From Nitrospira sp. (GTDB lineage Bacteria > Nitrospirota > Nitrospiria > Nitrospirales > Nitrospiraceae), in contig AP038806.1 in NCBI GenBank assembly GCA_047150005.1, positions 256,001-320,000 on the forward strand: 64,000 nt of DNA, read 5' to 3'. Shown here piece by piece: positions 9,508 to 19,911 of this stretch (the first letter of the stretch is position 1; each line of letters opens with the position of its first letter). Made by a program: the position numbers and the translations under genes. Below the pieces are notes generated by a model, which was not told the origin of the DNA, made no database searches, and saw only the letters and a program-made list of their open reading frames with translations.

Positions 9508-11184
9508 ATGAATCGAGCGGAACAACGACGACGGGATTCTTTGAGAGGCTCCGAAGATGTGACGCCTTGGCTCAACCAAGGCAAGGCGCACCATCAGGCC
9601 GGTCGATTGGCGGAAGCGGAACAGGCCTATCGTCAGGCACTCACCATCGCACCCCGCCATCCGGACGCGTTGCACCTGCTCGGCCTGTTGTCCTACCGGA
9701 TGAACCGGCTGGACGAGGCCCTCGAGCGATTGAACGCCGCGGTCGAGGAGCAACCCGCCTCGCCCCTCTACTGGTTCAACCTCGGCGTGGTCGCCCAGAA
9801 AGCCGGCAGACTAGCGCAAGCCGTCACGGCCTATGAGAAAGCGGTGTCCCTCAACCCGCGTCACCCGGAAGCGCTGATGAACCTCGGCAACGCGCTCCGG
9901 GACCAGGGCAGTCTGGGCGAAGCGATCGAGGCCTACCGGAAAGCCTTGGCGATCAATCCGACACATCCGGAGTTGCACAACAACCTGGGCGTCGCCCTCC
10001 AGGAACAGGGTGCAGTAGATGACGCGATCGGCTCGTTCCGCCGCGCGCTGGAGGCGAAGCCCCAGCATGTGGAGGCGCTGAACAACTTGGGCCTCGCCTT
10101 GATGGAAGCCGGTACCCTGCGTGAAGCCATCGGGTTCTTTCAGCGGGCGCTTGCTTTGATGCCTGGCTATCAAAAGGCCCTCTACAATCTTGGCATTGCT
10201 TCTATCTGGGTGGGCGACGACGAAAAGGCAGTCTCCTGCTTCTCGCAAATCGCCAGGGCGCGGCACGACCACGGACAGCCGATTACCGAACAAGCCACCT
10301 ATCGATCCCGCATCAAACACGAAGTCGAGCAGACCCGCCATCTCCTCGATCGCCGACTGCTCGACGAGGAGTATCGAGCCCACCTCGATTCGCTGATCCG
10401 GCTGCAGCGCCTGCTGGATGACGACGCGACCTCCGGCAATCGTGTCACCGTCTCCGCAGATGCCCTCGCCTCGATCGCGCCGGCGTTCAACCGCATGCTG
10501 CACTGCGAGCCGCCCCAACGTATCGACGGGAGCGCCCTCAACGGCGTCCTCGACGTCGCGGCCGTCGAGTCCCGCTATCTCGGCAGGCATCCTGAGGTCA
10601 CGTTCGTCGACGGACTCGTGAACGACGTCGCGTTGGAGGCGTTGCGTCGCTTCTGTTTGGATGCGACGATCTGGAAGAAGGATTACGAAAACGGCTATTG
10701 CGGAGCGTTCCTGGGCGACGGCTTCGCCTCCCCGCTCCTCCTGCAGATCGCAGAAGAGCTGCGCCTGAAGTTTCCCCGCATCTTCACCCACCATCGGTTG
10801 ACGCAGGCGTGGGCGTTCAAGCAGGACAGCGCGCGTCGAGGACTGAACATCCATGCCGACGCCGCGGCGGTGAATGTAAACTTTTGGATTACGCCGGACG
10901 AGGCGAATCTCGATCCCTCCGCCGGAGGCCTGGTCGTCTACGACAAGGAAGCCCCCAAGGACTGGAACTTCAAGGACTACAACAGCGACCGGAACAAGCC
11001 GAAGATTCTGGCCTGGCTCAAGGAGGTGGGCGCCGAGGCGATCAAGATTCCCTACCGCGCGAACCGCGCCGTGATCTTCAATTCCGATCTCTTCCACGAA
11101 AGCGACCACATCGCCTTCAAAGACGACTACCGCAGTCGCCGCATCAACATCACCCTGTTGTACGGCCACCGGTTGAAGGCGTAA
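9508..11184 (+). CDS. TPR-repeat protein with C-terminal 2OG-Fe(II) oxygenase-like domain
   Basis: Several TPRs (NLG..L...G....A...Y..AL). C-terminal HAD, NRAVIF.SDLFH and RINITL motifs. Confidence 0.8.
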   Translation: MNRAEQRRRDSLRGSEDVTPWLNQGKAHHQAGRLAEAEQAYRQALTIAPRHPDALHLLGLLSYRMNRLDEALERLNAAVEEQPASPLYWFNLGVVAQKAGRLAQAVTAYEKAVSLNPRHPEALMNLGNALRDQGSLGEAIEAYRKALAINPTHPELHNNLGVALQEQGAVDDAIGSFRRALEAKPQHVEALNNLGLALMEAGTLREAIGFFQRALALMPGYQKALYNLGIASIWVGDDEKAVSCFSQIARARHDHGQPITEQATYRSRIKHEVEQTRHLLDRRLLDEEYRAHLDSLIRLQRLLDDDATSGNRVTVSADALASIAPAFNRMLHCEPPQRIDGSALNGVLDVAAVESRYLGRHPEVTFVDGLVNDVALEALRRFCLDATIWKKDYENGYCGAFLGDGFASPLLLQIAEELRLKFPRIFTHHRLTQAWAFKQDSARRGLNIHADAAAVNVNFWITPDEANLDPSAGGLVVYDKEAPKDWNFKDYNSDRNKPKILAWLKEVGAEAIKIPYRANRAVIFNSDLFHESDHIAFKDDYRSRRINITLLYGHRLKA

Positions 11185-11259
11185 TGGCAGGACGCTTCTC
11201 CCGGAGACGTGTTCGCGAATGCCGTTGACGCAGAGGCGTTTGAACAGAACGTCGGTGGG

Positions 11260-11616
11260 TCAGGCCGCTTGAGGGTCTTCGTCCGAAGCAGCTCGCTGGT
11301 AGGGATGGAGTTCGAGTTGGGTGACGGTGTGCTGCAGGCGGGCCCATTCTTCCGGAGCGAGGGTCACGAATTCCAGACCGAACTGACGCGGACGGCTCCA
11401 CCGGACGACCGCCTCCTGGACCTTCAACGGCGGCTCCTCATCAGACGCCTGGATGCGTAGTTCCAGCGAGGTGCCGGGCCGCACCTCAACCGCACTGTCG
11501 ATCCGGCATCCGCGCAGCGACAGATCGACCAACGTGCCGTCTCCCCCCACGATATTCAGCGAGGTGAACGAACTGCGGAACCGGACCGAAAACCGCTGGT
11601 TCTGACGCTGTTCCAT
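11260..11616 (-). CDS. PilZ-domain (c-di-GMP binding) protein
   Basis: RxxxR (RQNQR) and DxSxxG (DLSLRG) motifs, plus VVRW...FGLEF. Confidence 0.88.
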   Translation of the reverse strand: MEQRQNQRFSVRFRSSFTSLNIVGGDGTLVDLSLRGCRIDSAVEVRPGTSLELRIQASDEEPPLKVQEAVVRWSRPRQFGLEFVTLAPEEWARLQHTVTQLELHPYQRAASDEDPQAA

Positions 11617-11620
11617 CTTT

Positions 11621-11702
11621 TCTCAGTCCTAAGTCCTGAGTTCTGAATGCTGAGTCATGACTATTTGAATCCAGATCGCTTCCGTCTCAGCACTCAGCAC
11701 TC
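11621..11702. repeat. Inverted heptamer tandem repeats (CTGAGT/CTCAGCA type)
   Basis: agtcctaagtcctgagttctgaatgctgagt ... ctcagcactcagcactc in the PilZ-RtcB intergenic space. Confidence 0.7.
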
Positions 11703-11709
11703 GTGGCTG

Positions 11710-13161
11710 TCAGCCTTTAATATTGCCAATCGGCCTGAGTTCCGCCACTTTTTTTGTGATTCCCGCTCGATCGACCGTCTCGACCACCTCGGAAATATTC
11801 TTGTAGGCGAAGCCGGCTTCTTCCGCGAGCCCCGACATCGACACGGCCTTCACCACGATGCCCCGCTGTTTCATCTGTTGCTGGAGTTGCTCGCCCCGGA
11901 CCGACTTCTTGGCCTGCGCGCGCGACATCGTTCGCCCCGACCCGTGCATCGTGGAGCCGAAGGTCTCCTGCACGGCCCGATCGGTTCCGACCAGCAGATA
12001 GGAGCCGGTTTCCATCGAGCCGCCGCAAATGACCGGCTGGCCGATCTGCCGGAACGCCTCGGGCAACTCCGGATGGCCCGGCCCGAAGGCTCTCGTCGAT
12101 CCCTTGCGATGCACCAGCAGCTCGCCTTCGGCGTACCGCTCGACCTTGGCGATGTTGTGCGCCACGTCGTAGACCAGCTCCATGCCCAACGCTTCCGCCG
12201 ATTGACCGAAGACGGCGGCAAAGGCCTCGCGGATCTGATAGGTGATGACCTGCCGATTCGCGAAGGCGGTATTGGCGGCGCAGTTCATCGCGGCGAAGTA
12301 GTCTTGCCCTTCATCCGAACGAAACGGCGCGCAGGCCAGTTGCTGGTCCTTCACCGAGATGCCGTAGCGTCGCATGGCCTTCTCGAACACCTTGAGGTAG
12401 TCGCTCGCCACTTGATGACCGAAACCTCGCGAACCGCAATGCACCATCACCACGACTTGGTCGTGACCGGTGATGCCCAGCGCGGCGGCGGCGGCCGGAT
12501 CGAACACCCGATCGTTCGACACCACCTGGACTTCCAGATAGTGATTGCCCGATCCCAGCGTCCCGAGCTGATTGATGCCTCTGGCCAATGCGCGATCGGT
12601 CACTTTCGAGGGATCCGCGCCGCCTATGCATCCCTGCTCTTCGATCTTCGCGAGGTCCCGGTGCCAGCCGAATCCTTGCCCGACGCACCAGCGCGCGCCT
12701 TCGGTCATGACCTCCTCGAACGATCGGCGATTCAGTCGGACAAACCCCGCAGCGCCCACACCGGCCGGCACGCGACGGAACAATTCGGTCATGAGCCGTT
12801 CCAACCGCGGCTGCACGTCGTCCAACGTCAAATCCGTCCGGATCAGGCGCATGCCGCAGTTGATGTCATACCCGACTCCGCCGGGTGAAATGACCCCGTT
12901 GCGGACGTCGAAGGCCGCCACGCCGCCGATCGGAAACCCGTAGCCCCAATGGCCGTCAGGCATGCAAAGGGCATAGCGTTGGATGCCGGGCAGGCACGCG
13001 ACATTCGTGACCTGGTCGAACACCCCCTGGTCCATGGACCGGAGCACTGCCTCGGTCGCATAGAGGCGCGCCGGTACGAGCATGCCGGATTTTTCCGAGA
13101 CGGGGATCTCCCAGATCGCATCCGTGATCCGGTTCACCTGCATGTCGGTATTCAGCTTCAT
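11710..13161 (-). CDS. rtcB: RtcB RNA 3'-phosphate/5'-OH ligase (archaeal/eukaryotic-like long form)
   Basis: Motifs MPDGHWGYGFPIGG, GYDINCG, GSGNHY, HCGSRG, HNIAK, HRKG, GGSM, HGSGR, EEA..AYK. Confidence 0.96.
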   Translation of the reverse strand: MKLNTDMQVNRITDAIWEIPVSEKSGMLVPARLYATEAVLRSMDQGVFDQVTNVACLPGIQRYALCMPDGHWGYGFPIGGVAAFDVRNGVISPGGVGYDINCGMRLIRTDLTLDDVQPRLERLMTELFRRVPAGVGAAGFVRLNRRSFEEVMTEGARWCVGQGFGWHRDLAKIEEQGCIGGADPSKVTDRALARGINQLGTLGSGNHYLEVQVVSNDRVFDPAAAAALGITGHDQVVVMVHCGSRGFGHQVASDYLKVFEKAMRRYGISVKDQQLACAPFRSDEGQDYFAAMNCAANTAFANRQVITYQIREAFAAVFGQSAEALGMELVYDVAHNIAKVERYAEGELLVHRKGSTRAFGPGHPELPEAFRQIGQPVICGGSMETGSYLLVGTDRAVQETFGSTMHGSGRTMSRAQAKKSVRGEQLQQQMKQRGIVVKAVSMSGLAEEAGFAYKNISEVVETVDRAGITKKVAELRPIGNIKG

Positions 13162-13202
13162 ACGTATTCAATCCGTGCGCTACTCAGCCTCAACCTTTTC
13201 TG

Positions 13203-13637
13203 TCACACATCCAATACCACCCGCGCCGTCCAGCGGCCGTTCACCTGACGCAACGTATAGAGATGTTTCGTGACTCCCTTCACATCGTTGCGGAGTTCCT
13301 GCGTCTGTTGGTCGACCGGTGCGCCGATCAACCGTGCCGTCAGCATCCACTGCTCCCCTTCCCTCACAACGGCCAGCGGCGCATCATGGAAGACCACGCC
13401 GGCCGCATCTTTCCAATAAACGATGTCGGAAAGCCAGTCAAACAGCAATTGAGGCAAGTCTGCATCTTGTCGTTCGATCCTCCGTTCCCACGACGAGCCG
13501 ACCGTCGCCGGATCGGCGAGGGTCGTAAGAAGCGCCTGAGTCGCGCCGGCAAAGATGGCTTGGACCGAATCGCCCTCGGCCTCAAAAGCCAGGTCCGCCA
13601 GGGCCACATCGTCAAGGAAGCGAAAGGAGAAGGTCAT
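13203..13637 (-). CDS. Archease (SHS2 domain)
   Basis: F.FLDD...AD...EA.G, LLFDWLS, DVKGVT.H and C-terminal VLDV; directly upstream of rtcB. Confidence 0.9.
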   Translation of the reverse strand: MTFSFRFLDDVALADLAFEAEGDSVQAIFAGATQALLTTLADPATVGSSWERRIERQDADLPQLLFDWLSDIVYWKDAAGVVFHDAPLAVVREGEQWMLTARLIGAPVDQQTQELRNDVKGVTKHLYTLRQVNGRWTARVVLDV

Positions 13638-13692
13638 GCTCGGGCAGACTTAGGCAGAAACGTGCTGATCAGATGGAGCAAACCGGACGAAG

Positions 13693-14838
13693 CTAACCCA
13701 ATTCGAAGATCTTCGGAAAGTCGGTGAGGTTGCGGCAGCCGTCGCCGGTCACGAGCACCATGTCCTCGATGCGGACGGCGCCCAAGCCCGGATAGTAGAG
13801 CCCAGGCTCGACCGTCACGACGTGGCCTTCCTGTAACAGCGACCCGGTTCGGCTGATGCGCGGGGCTTCGTGAATGTCCAGCCCGACGCCGTGACCGGTC
13901 CCATGGAAGTAGCCCTGCATACGGCCGTTGACCAGGCCGGTCTTGTAGCCGGCCTTTTCGAACCGGTCGCAGATGCCGCGGTGGATCTTCATGCCGTCGG
14001 CGCCGTCTTTGATCTTCGTGATCGCCTCTTCCTGAGCATCCTTCACGGTCTGATAGAGCCGGACGAGCTCGGGGCTGGGCGTTCCCCGCACGACCGTGCG
14101 CGACATGTCGGCGAAATAGCGCGTCGTCGCGGAGCGAGGAAACACGTCGAAGATGATGCTGCGGTGAGCTGGCAACGGTCCGCTACCTTCGTTGTGCGGA
14201 TCGCAGGCCTGCTCGCCTCCGGCCACGATCGTGTGCTGAGCGACACAGTCGGCTTCCATCAACTTCACGTTGATCAGCTTCTTGATCCGCTCAGAGGTCA
14301 ACGGGATGTCGTCGAGCCACAATTCGGACCTGACGATCGTCGCCCGGCGGAGCACGGCGTGGGCCGCGGCGACGGCCGCTTCCGTTGCGCGCTGGGCGCT
14401 TTCGATGTGCCGGACTTCTTCCGCGGTCTTCACGACGCGCTGCTCGTAGAACGGGTCCGGCTTCGCATGGACCTGATATCCCAACTCCTGCAGACGGCTC
14501 GCGTGACGGAAGGGAAAATTGCCCGGCACGAGCACCTGCTTGATCTTGGCGTCGCGCAACACGACGTGGACGATATCCACGCTGCCAGGGGACGCGACCC
14601 CCTGATCGCGCGCGCGCTTCTCGATCTCGGAATAAGACAGCACACGATCGACCGAGGCCTGGCTTTTCGCCCGATCCATCTCCAGATCGTTCATGACCAG
14701 GAGACGCTCTCCCTTGATCTCCAGATAGATGAAGGGATCCGGCGCGATGAATTTAGTCGCGTAATAGAGATTGGCGTCCGTCTCGCTGGCGGCGATGAAC
14801 AGGACGGCTTTGTGTGATTGCGAAGCGGATCGAGACAT
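13693..14838 (-). CDS. Xaa-Pro aminopeptidase, M24 family
   Basis: Motifs PH, DVFP, YFADMSRT, HGTGHGVGLDIHE, TVEPGLY, VRIED. Confidence 0.93.
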   Translation of the reverse strand: MSRSASQSHKAVLFIAASETDANLYYATKFIAPDPFIYLEIKGERLLVMNDLEMDRAKSQASVDRVLSYSEIEKRARDQGVASPGSVDIVHVVLRDAKIKQVLVPGNFPFRHASRLQELGYQVHAKPDPFYEQRVVKTAEEVRHIESAQRATEAAVAAAHAVLRRATIVRSELWLDDIPLTSERIKKLINVKLMEADCVAQHTIVAGGEQACDPHNEGSGPLPAHRSIIFDVFPRSATTRYFADMSRTVVRGTPSPELVRLYQTVKDAQEEAITKIKDGADGMKIHRGICDRFEKAGYKTGLVNGRMQGYFHGTGHGVGLDIHEAPRISRTGSLLQEGHVVTVEPGLYYPGLGAVRIEDMVLVTGDGCRNLTDFPKIFELG

Positions 14839-14881
14839 GGCTTGGTTACCCGCTGGACCTTAGCACGGGGTCAGGGACCGG

Positions 14882-17800
14882 TCAAGGCGACGACGGCGCC
14901 GGGACATCCTTGGGCGACGCCTTGTCCTCATCGGGCGTCATGAGATCAATCGGCAGCATCACCGTGTTCTTCAATACATCGACGGCGAGCTGCCCCAATC
15001 CGGTCAGCCCGGTGGCGAAGGATTTCATCGGCATGTAGGTCACCTCCGGATCTTCGATGCTGCCTTTGACGGAGAACATCGCGGTCGCCACGCCCTTGCG
15101 GTCGCCGGCAAACAGGCGCCCGAACAAGGGAATGGTTTTGAGGAACTGCGAATACGACCCGAACGGACTCACGGCCCACACCATGTCGCCCTGATCGGTC
15201 GGGAGATCGTAGTTGCCGGCGGCGGTGATCTTCACGATCGGACTGTCGATGATCATGTTCTCCGTTTCGAACAGGCCGTTGCGCACCGTCACCGTCGCGG
15301 TGATCTTGTTGTACGGCAGACCTTCCTTTTCCAGATCCACCTTACCCTGGAGCACGGCCGGCAGGTTCAGAATGCTGATGATCTTCCAGGTCACCCGCTC
15401 CTTCGACTTGAAGATGTGGCCGTTCTCGATCAGGATGTCGGCCTTCCCGTTCAACGTGGGATAGACGCCGTGGGGATTCCGGCCGTGGCCGCGGATCGTT
15501 CCGGTGATGCGGATCTGTCCGGTCACACCGCCCTCATTCTTCCCGACGAGCCGCAGGATGTCGCTGACCGGCACGCCGGTAGCCCGCACGGAGATTTCCG
15601 CCTCCGCGGGCTCGTGGCGCGGCAGCTGCACGGCAATCCGGCCGGCGATTTCACCGTCGGTCGACTGGCCGGAGATCCGATCCACGTCGAGGACGCCGTC
15701 CTGGATCGTGATGCGGGCCGAGAGGCCGCCGAACTTCAGATGCTTGTAGTGCCCGCGCGTGATGGAGGCCGTCATGGCGACCCGGCTCGTCGCCGCCAGG
15801 GTCTCCAGGAATTCCCGCATGGGCGACCGCTCGCCTTTGGGAATCAGCAGATCCAGATCCATCTGGTTGGATTCCATCTTCCCAGAAATGGCCGGCTTCG
15901 TCGCCCAGTTTCGGATCATCGCTTCCATGACCAGGTCGCTGTCGAGGAGCCGGAAGGACAGGCGTTTGAGCTCGGCCGCGTCGCGATTGAACTGCAGGCG
16001 CACGTACAGATCCTGGATAGGGCCGTCGGTGCCCCTTACGTTAACAAGCCCGTTGCTTAGGGCCAGCCAGCCGTTGGTTTTCCACATTCGCCAGTCGGCA
16101 CCCTTGCCCTTGACGTCGAGCGACACTTCAACGTTGCCCGCTTCGAATCCCCCCTTGGTAATCCATTCGGGCACCGTGGAGAGGGACACGGTTCCGGTCG
16201 CCAGGGACGCATCGATCGATACGCGCTCGCCCAGACGGATATTCCCCTTCACCGGCAGACGGAGCGGCGGCACGTCCGCCTCGATGTGCGTGAGGGTCAG
16301 CCCTCCCTTCGACGCCACGTGCCCTTCGAAATTGATGGTGGCCGGCGCGCCGACGGGCTTCTCCAAGACCTCCGGCCAGGTCACCTTCGATTCCGTCAGC
16401 GTGACCTCGCCCCGCATCTCGGGTGCCGTGGTCAGACCTCTGAGCGCGACCGCGACGCTGGTCAGGCCCTCGACCGTTCCCTTGGGAATGTGCTTCAGCG
16501 GCAGCAACTGCGTCAGGTGCAAGGAGTCCCCGGTCACCCGCACGAGCAGGTCGCGGAACGAGCTGGTGCTGCCGCCTGTGATGCCGCCCTGGACCTGCAC
16601 CGTCAAGTCGCCCAGATGGCCGCTGACCTGATCGAACTGCGTCTCCCCTTCGGCCAGAATGAAGCGCCCTTGGATGGCGGTCATCCGCTCCGGGAGCGAC
16701 GGATGGCTCAGGCTCACCTGTTGCGCCGTGATCTCGCCGCCCGCGAACGTGACGCCTCCCGGCTGCGTCAACGGCCCTACCAGGCGAAACGTGGGCTTGG
16801 CCACGCCCTCCACGTCCCGCGCCTCCCCCAGCGTCTTCGACAGCTGCTCGGACTGAACGGTCTTCGAGAGAAATTGCAGCAGATCCGAAGCCGTCATCGT
16901 GCCCAAGATTTCCATTTCCATCCAGGGGCCCGATTCCAGAAACGAGATCAGCCCCCTGCTGTCGGTCATGTGGATCGTGCCGTACTGGCCAGCCAGGTTC
17001 GTCACACGAATCCGGCCCGCCTCGACCAGGACGACCGCCGAGAGGTCCTTGGACGGCACATGGCTGTCGCCGATGAGCGCTTCTCCCTCACGGATGCGGA
17101 ATTCTCCCGTCACGGACAATTGCGGTCCTTCTCCGTACGACCCGGTCACGGTCGCCGAGACGACCTCTACCTTACCGTTGATGCGACGGTCTTCGATCAC
17201 GGCGGGCAATTGGGGATGAAACCATTCGGGTGGAATGCGTTGCAGCAACTCGCTCAACTGCATGGGCGCCGCCGAGAAAGTGAACGAGAAGGTCGGCTGC
17301 GCCGTCAACAGGCCCGACAGGCTCGCGCGACCCGTCGCGGCCAGCGGATCCAGCTTGGCCGTCAGATCCGACAGGACGACATCGTAGCCCGCCACGCCGG
17401 GAATCAGGCGCATGCCGCTCCGCACGGTGACGGCGCCCTGCACGTTCGGCGGGACCGGGCGCGGTCCGAAAAAATCCGCCAGTTCGCGCAGGCTCAGCCC
17501 CGCGGCCTCCACCGTACCCTCGAATTGAAACAGGAGCGGGGGTCTCGTCGTTTCGCTCATCTCGATCGTCTGTTGATCGGCTCTCCTGACGGCACCCGCC
17601 ATCGACAAGGATGACCGTTCCTGATCGCGGATGTGGTCGGCCGAGATGTGCACATCGGCCTGGTTGCGCTCCAGATGAATGACCAGCGCCGCCTCGACGG
17701 ACTCCAACTTCACCGTGCGGACGCCGTCTGGCCTGGCCTCGTCGATCACGATGATCGTGCCATCGATCACCGTGGCCTCCTTGATGCGGAACATGCGGGT

Positions 17801-18229
17801 CATCAGCTGGAGCGCTTCGTCGTCGCTCGTCGGAATGGGATTGGTGCGATCGAGCACGTTCCAGTGACCGGCGGCGTTCCGCCGGAGCGTCAGGGTGGGC
17901 TCTTCGATCGTCAGCCGCTTGCCGACAATCTGCTTGCGAAGCAGCGGCACAAGCCGCAGGACCAGATCGAGTTTCTTGGCAGACAGGAAGACCTGATCGG
18001 AATTGCGTTCGTGAATGACGACCTGCGAGAGCTCCAGTCGGATTCTCGGAAATACGGTGAACTTGATGCGATGCACGTCGATCTTCCGACCGAGGTTCTG
18101 CTCGAGCTGCCGCAGGAAGAAATCCTTGAGGTAATCGCCGCCGGTGAAGGAGGGAGACAAAAGCAGAAACGTGATGCCGCCCACGAGGACCAGAGCAATG
18201 AAGGCGACCACCACGCGTGTGCGGGACAC
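14882..18229 (-). CDS. AsmA/YhdP-like envelope protein
   Basis: N-terminal TM anchor, AsmA-like N-domain (L.R...G.WN), long beta-rich body and AsmA_2-like C-terminus (F.VKGS.EDPEV). Confidence 0.8.
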   Translation of the reverse strand: MSRTRVVVAFIALVLVGGITFLLLSPSFTGGDYLKDFFLRQLEQNLGRKIDVHRIKFTVFPRIRLELSQVVIHERNSDQVFLSAKKLDLVLRLVPLLRKQIVGKRLTIEEPTLTLRRNAAGHWNVLDRTNPIPTSDDEALQLMTRMFRIKEATVIDGTIIVIDEARPDGVRTVKLESVEAALVIHLERNQADVHISADHIRDQERSSLSMAGAVRRADQQTIEMSETTRPPLLFQFEGTVEAAGLSLRELADFFGPRPVPPNVQGAVTVRSGMRLIPGVAGYDVVLSDLTAKLDPLAATGRASLSGLLTAQPTFSFTFSAAPMQLSELLQRIPPEWFHPQLPAVIEDRRINGKVEVVSATVTGSYGEGPQLSVTGEFRIREGEALIGDSHVPSKDLSAVVLVEAGRIRVTNLAGQYGTIHMTDSRGLISFLESGPWMEMEILGTMTASDLLQFLSKTVQSEQLSKTLGEARDVEGVAKPTFRLVGPLTQPGGVTFAGGEITAQQVSLSHPSLPERMTAIQGRFILAEGETQFDQVSGHLGDLTVQVQGGITGGSTSSFRDLLVRVTGDSLHLTQLLPLKHIPKGTVEGLTSVAVALRGLTTAPEMRGEVTLTESKVTWPEVLEKPVGAPATINFEGHVASKGGLTLTHIEADVPPLRLPVKGNIRLGERVSIDASLATGTVSLSTVPEWITKGGFEAGNVEVSLDVKGKGADWRMWKTNGWLALSNGLVNVRGTDGPIQDLYVRLQFNRDAAELKRLSFRLLDSDLVMEAMIRNWATKPAISGKMESNQMDLDLLIPKGERSPMREFLETLAATSRVAMTASITRGHYKHLKFGGLSARITIQDGVLDVDRISGQSTDGEIAGRIAVQLPRHEPAEAEISVRATGVPVSDILRLVGKNEGGVTGQIRITGTIRGHGRNPHGVYPTLNGKADILIENGHIFKSKERVTWKIISILNLPAVLQGKVDLEKEGLPYNKITATVTVRNGLFETENMIIDSPIVKITAAGNYDLPTDQGDMVWAVSPFGSYSQFLKTIPLFGRLFAGDRKGVATAMFSVKGSIEDPEVTYMPMKSFATGLTGLGQLAVDVLKNTVMLPIDLMTPDEDKASPKDVPAPSSP

Positions 18230-18468
18230 TCAATCTCTCCAGAAATCCGGCAGGGGCTCGTCGGCTAGATCCGCGTCCGCCCGCGTCGCGGCAGGCTGCG
18301 CACGACCCATGCGAGCTTGGAATCATCTTACCGGAGCCCGGACAAGAAATCCACCAAGTCCGCGTCGGAATTGAGAATTTTCGTCGTCGCTCCGAGAAAT
18401 TCGCTGGTGCCGTCACCGGTCGGCCGGTATAATCCGATGCCCGCCGGCCCGGCGGACGGACCGCTCAC

Positions 18469-19779
18469 GTGAACGGACACTCCACCACATCGACGCCGAT
18501 CCGCTGGCTCATTCTGGGATTGCTGTTTCTCACCAGCGTGGTGACCTACATCGATCGCGTGAACATCTCCGTCACGGCCCGCCACATGATGCCCGCGTTC
18601 GGGCTGACCGATCAGGAGATGGGCTGGGTCTTTTCCGCCTTCGTGGCCGGTTATGCGCTCTTTCAGCTGCCGGGCGGGTGGCTGGCGGACCGATGGGGCG
18701 CAAGAGCTGTCCTGACCGGCGCGCTTCTGTGGTGGTCGGTCTGCTCGGCCTTCACCGCTGTGGCGGCGACCTCGGCCTTGGCCGACATCGCCGGGATCCT
18801 CGGCGCGCTCATCGCCGTGCGGTTCATGCTCGGCGTCGGCGAGGCCGTGGCCCTCCCCTGCTTCAACCGGGCCGTCGCCAACTGGATGCCGGCCGACGCA
18901 CGAGGCGTCGGGATCGGTATCGCCATCGGTGGGATCGGCCTGGGCTCCGCCGTCACTCCCCCCATCGCCGCGTGGGTAATGGTGAATTGGGGCTGGCAGA
19001 TCGTCTTCTATCTCTCCGCGTCCATCGGCCTGGTCATGGCCTTGCTCTGGTGGACGCTGGCCCGCAACCGTCCAGACGAGCATCCCTGGGTTGGGAACGG
19101 CGTGACGAACGGGACTACGAGACCGCCGTCACCGCGTTCGAAGCCGGAGTCCCACGATCCGGTGCCCTGGCGTCGATTGGCCCACACGCCGACTGTATGG
19201 TGGCTGGTGCTCAGTTACACCTGCCTGGGGTACGTGGCCTATCTCTATTTGTCATGGTTCTATCTCTATCTCGTGAACGTGCGGGGATTCGATGTGCTGC
19301 GCGGCGGTCTCTACGGCGCTGCACCATTTGTCGCCATGCTGGTCGGCTGTCCGGTGGGCGGCTGGGTCACCGACCGGCTGGCCTCACATTACGGCGTCAC
19401 GGCCGGACGGGCGATCGCGGGGATCAGCGGCATGACGGCGGCCGGATGCGCGATCATCGCGGGAGGGTTCGCCGGCTCCCCGTTGCTCGCGATCGCGAGC
19501 CTATCCGCCGGAGCCGGGTGCCTCTATTTCACGGTCGGTGCCTACTGGGCCTCCACGACCGATCTGTCCAAGACCCACGCAGGCGCGCTGTCCGGCCTCA
19601 TGAACACCGGCGCGAACGTCGGCGGAGCGATCTCGCCGGTCCTCACACCCTGGATCGCCGGCTATTGGGGCTGGCCCCTGTCACTCGCCGCAGCCGGCAT
19701 CGTCGCCTTCACCGGCGCGGCGCTGTGGCTCCGGATCAAACCGGGGGACGGGCTGCGGGTGAACAGTGCTGAGTCCTGA
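18469..19779 (+). CDS. MFS transporter (ACS / ExuT-GudP-like)
   Basis: RW.IL, YIDRVNIS, QLPGGWLADRWG.R, GLMNTGAN; about 12 hydrophobic segments. Confidence 0.9.
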   Translation: MNGHSTTSTPIRWLILGLLFLTSVVTYIDRVNISVTARHMMPAFGLTDQEMGWVFSAFVAGYALFQLPGGWLADRWGARAVLTGALLWWSVCSAFTAVAATSALADIAGILGALIAVRFMLGVGEAVALPCFNRAVANWMPADARGVGIGIAIGGIGLGSAVTPPIAAWVMVNWGWQIVFYLSASIGLVMALLWWTLARNRPDEHPWVGNGVTNGTTRPPSPRSKPESHDPVPWRRLAHTPTVWWLVLSYTCLGYVAYLYLSWFYLYLVNVRGFDVLRGGLYGAAPFVAMLVGCPVGGWVTDRLASHYGVTAGRAIAGISGMTAAGCAIIAGGFAGSPLLAIASLSAGAGCLYFTVGAYWASTTDLSKTHAGALSGLMNTGANVGGAISPVLTPWIAGYWGWPLSLAAAGIVAFTGAALWLRIKPGDGLRVNSAES

Positions 19780-19861
19780 ATCCTGGGTGCCGAGTTATGG
19801 GCACATGCGCGCTTATAAACCGTCTCTCAGAACTCGGCTCTCAGAACTCAGCACTCAGCAC
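19766..19861. repeat. Inverted heptamer tandem repeats (TGCTGAG/CTCAGCA type)
   Basis: gtgctgagtcctgaatcctgggtgccgagtt ... ctcagaactcggctctcagaactcagcactcagcac; same unit as at 11.6 kb. Confidence 0.7.
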
Positions 19862-19911
19862 AGCCCCAAGGGGTTGCCTCCGGCAAGACCACCTTGTTAC
19901 ATTCAACATTG

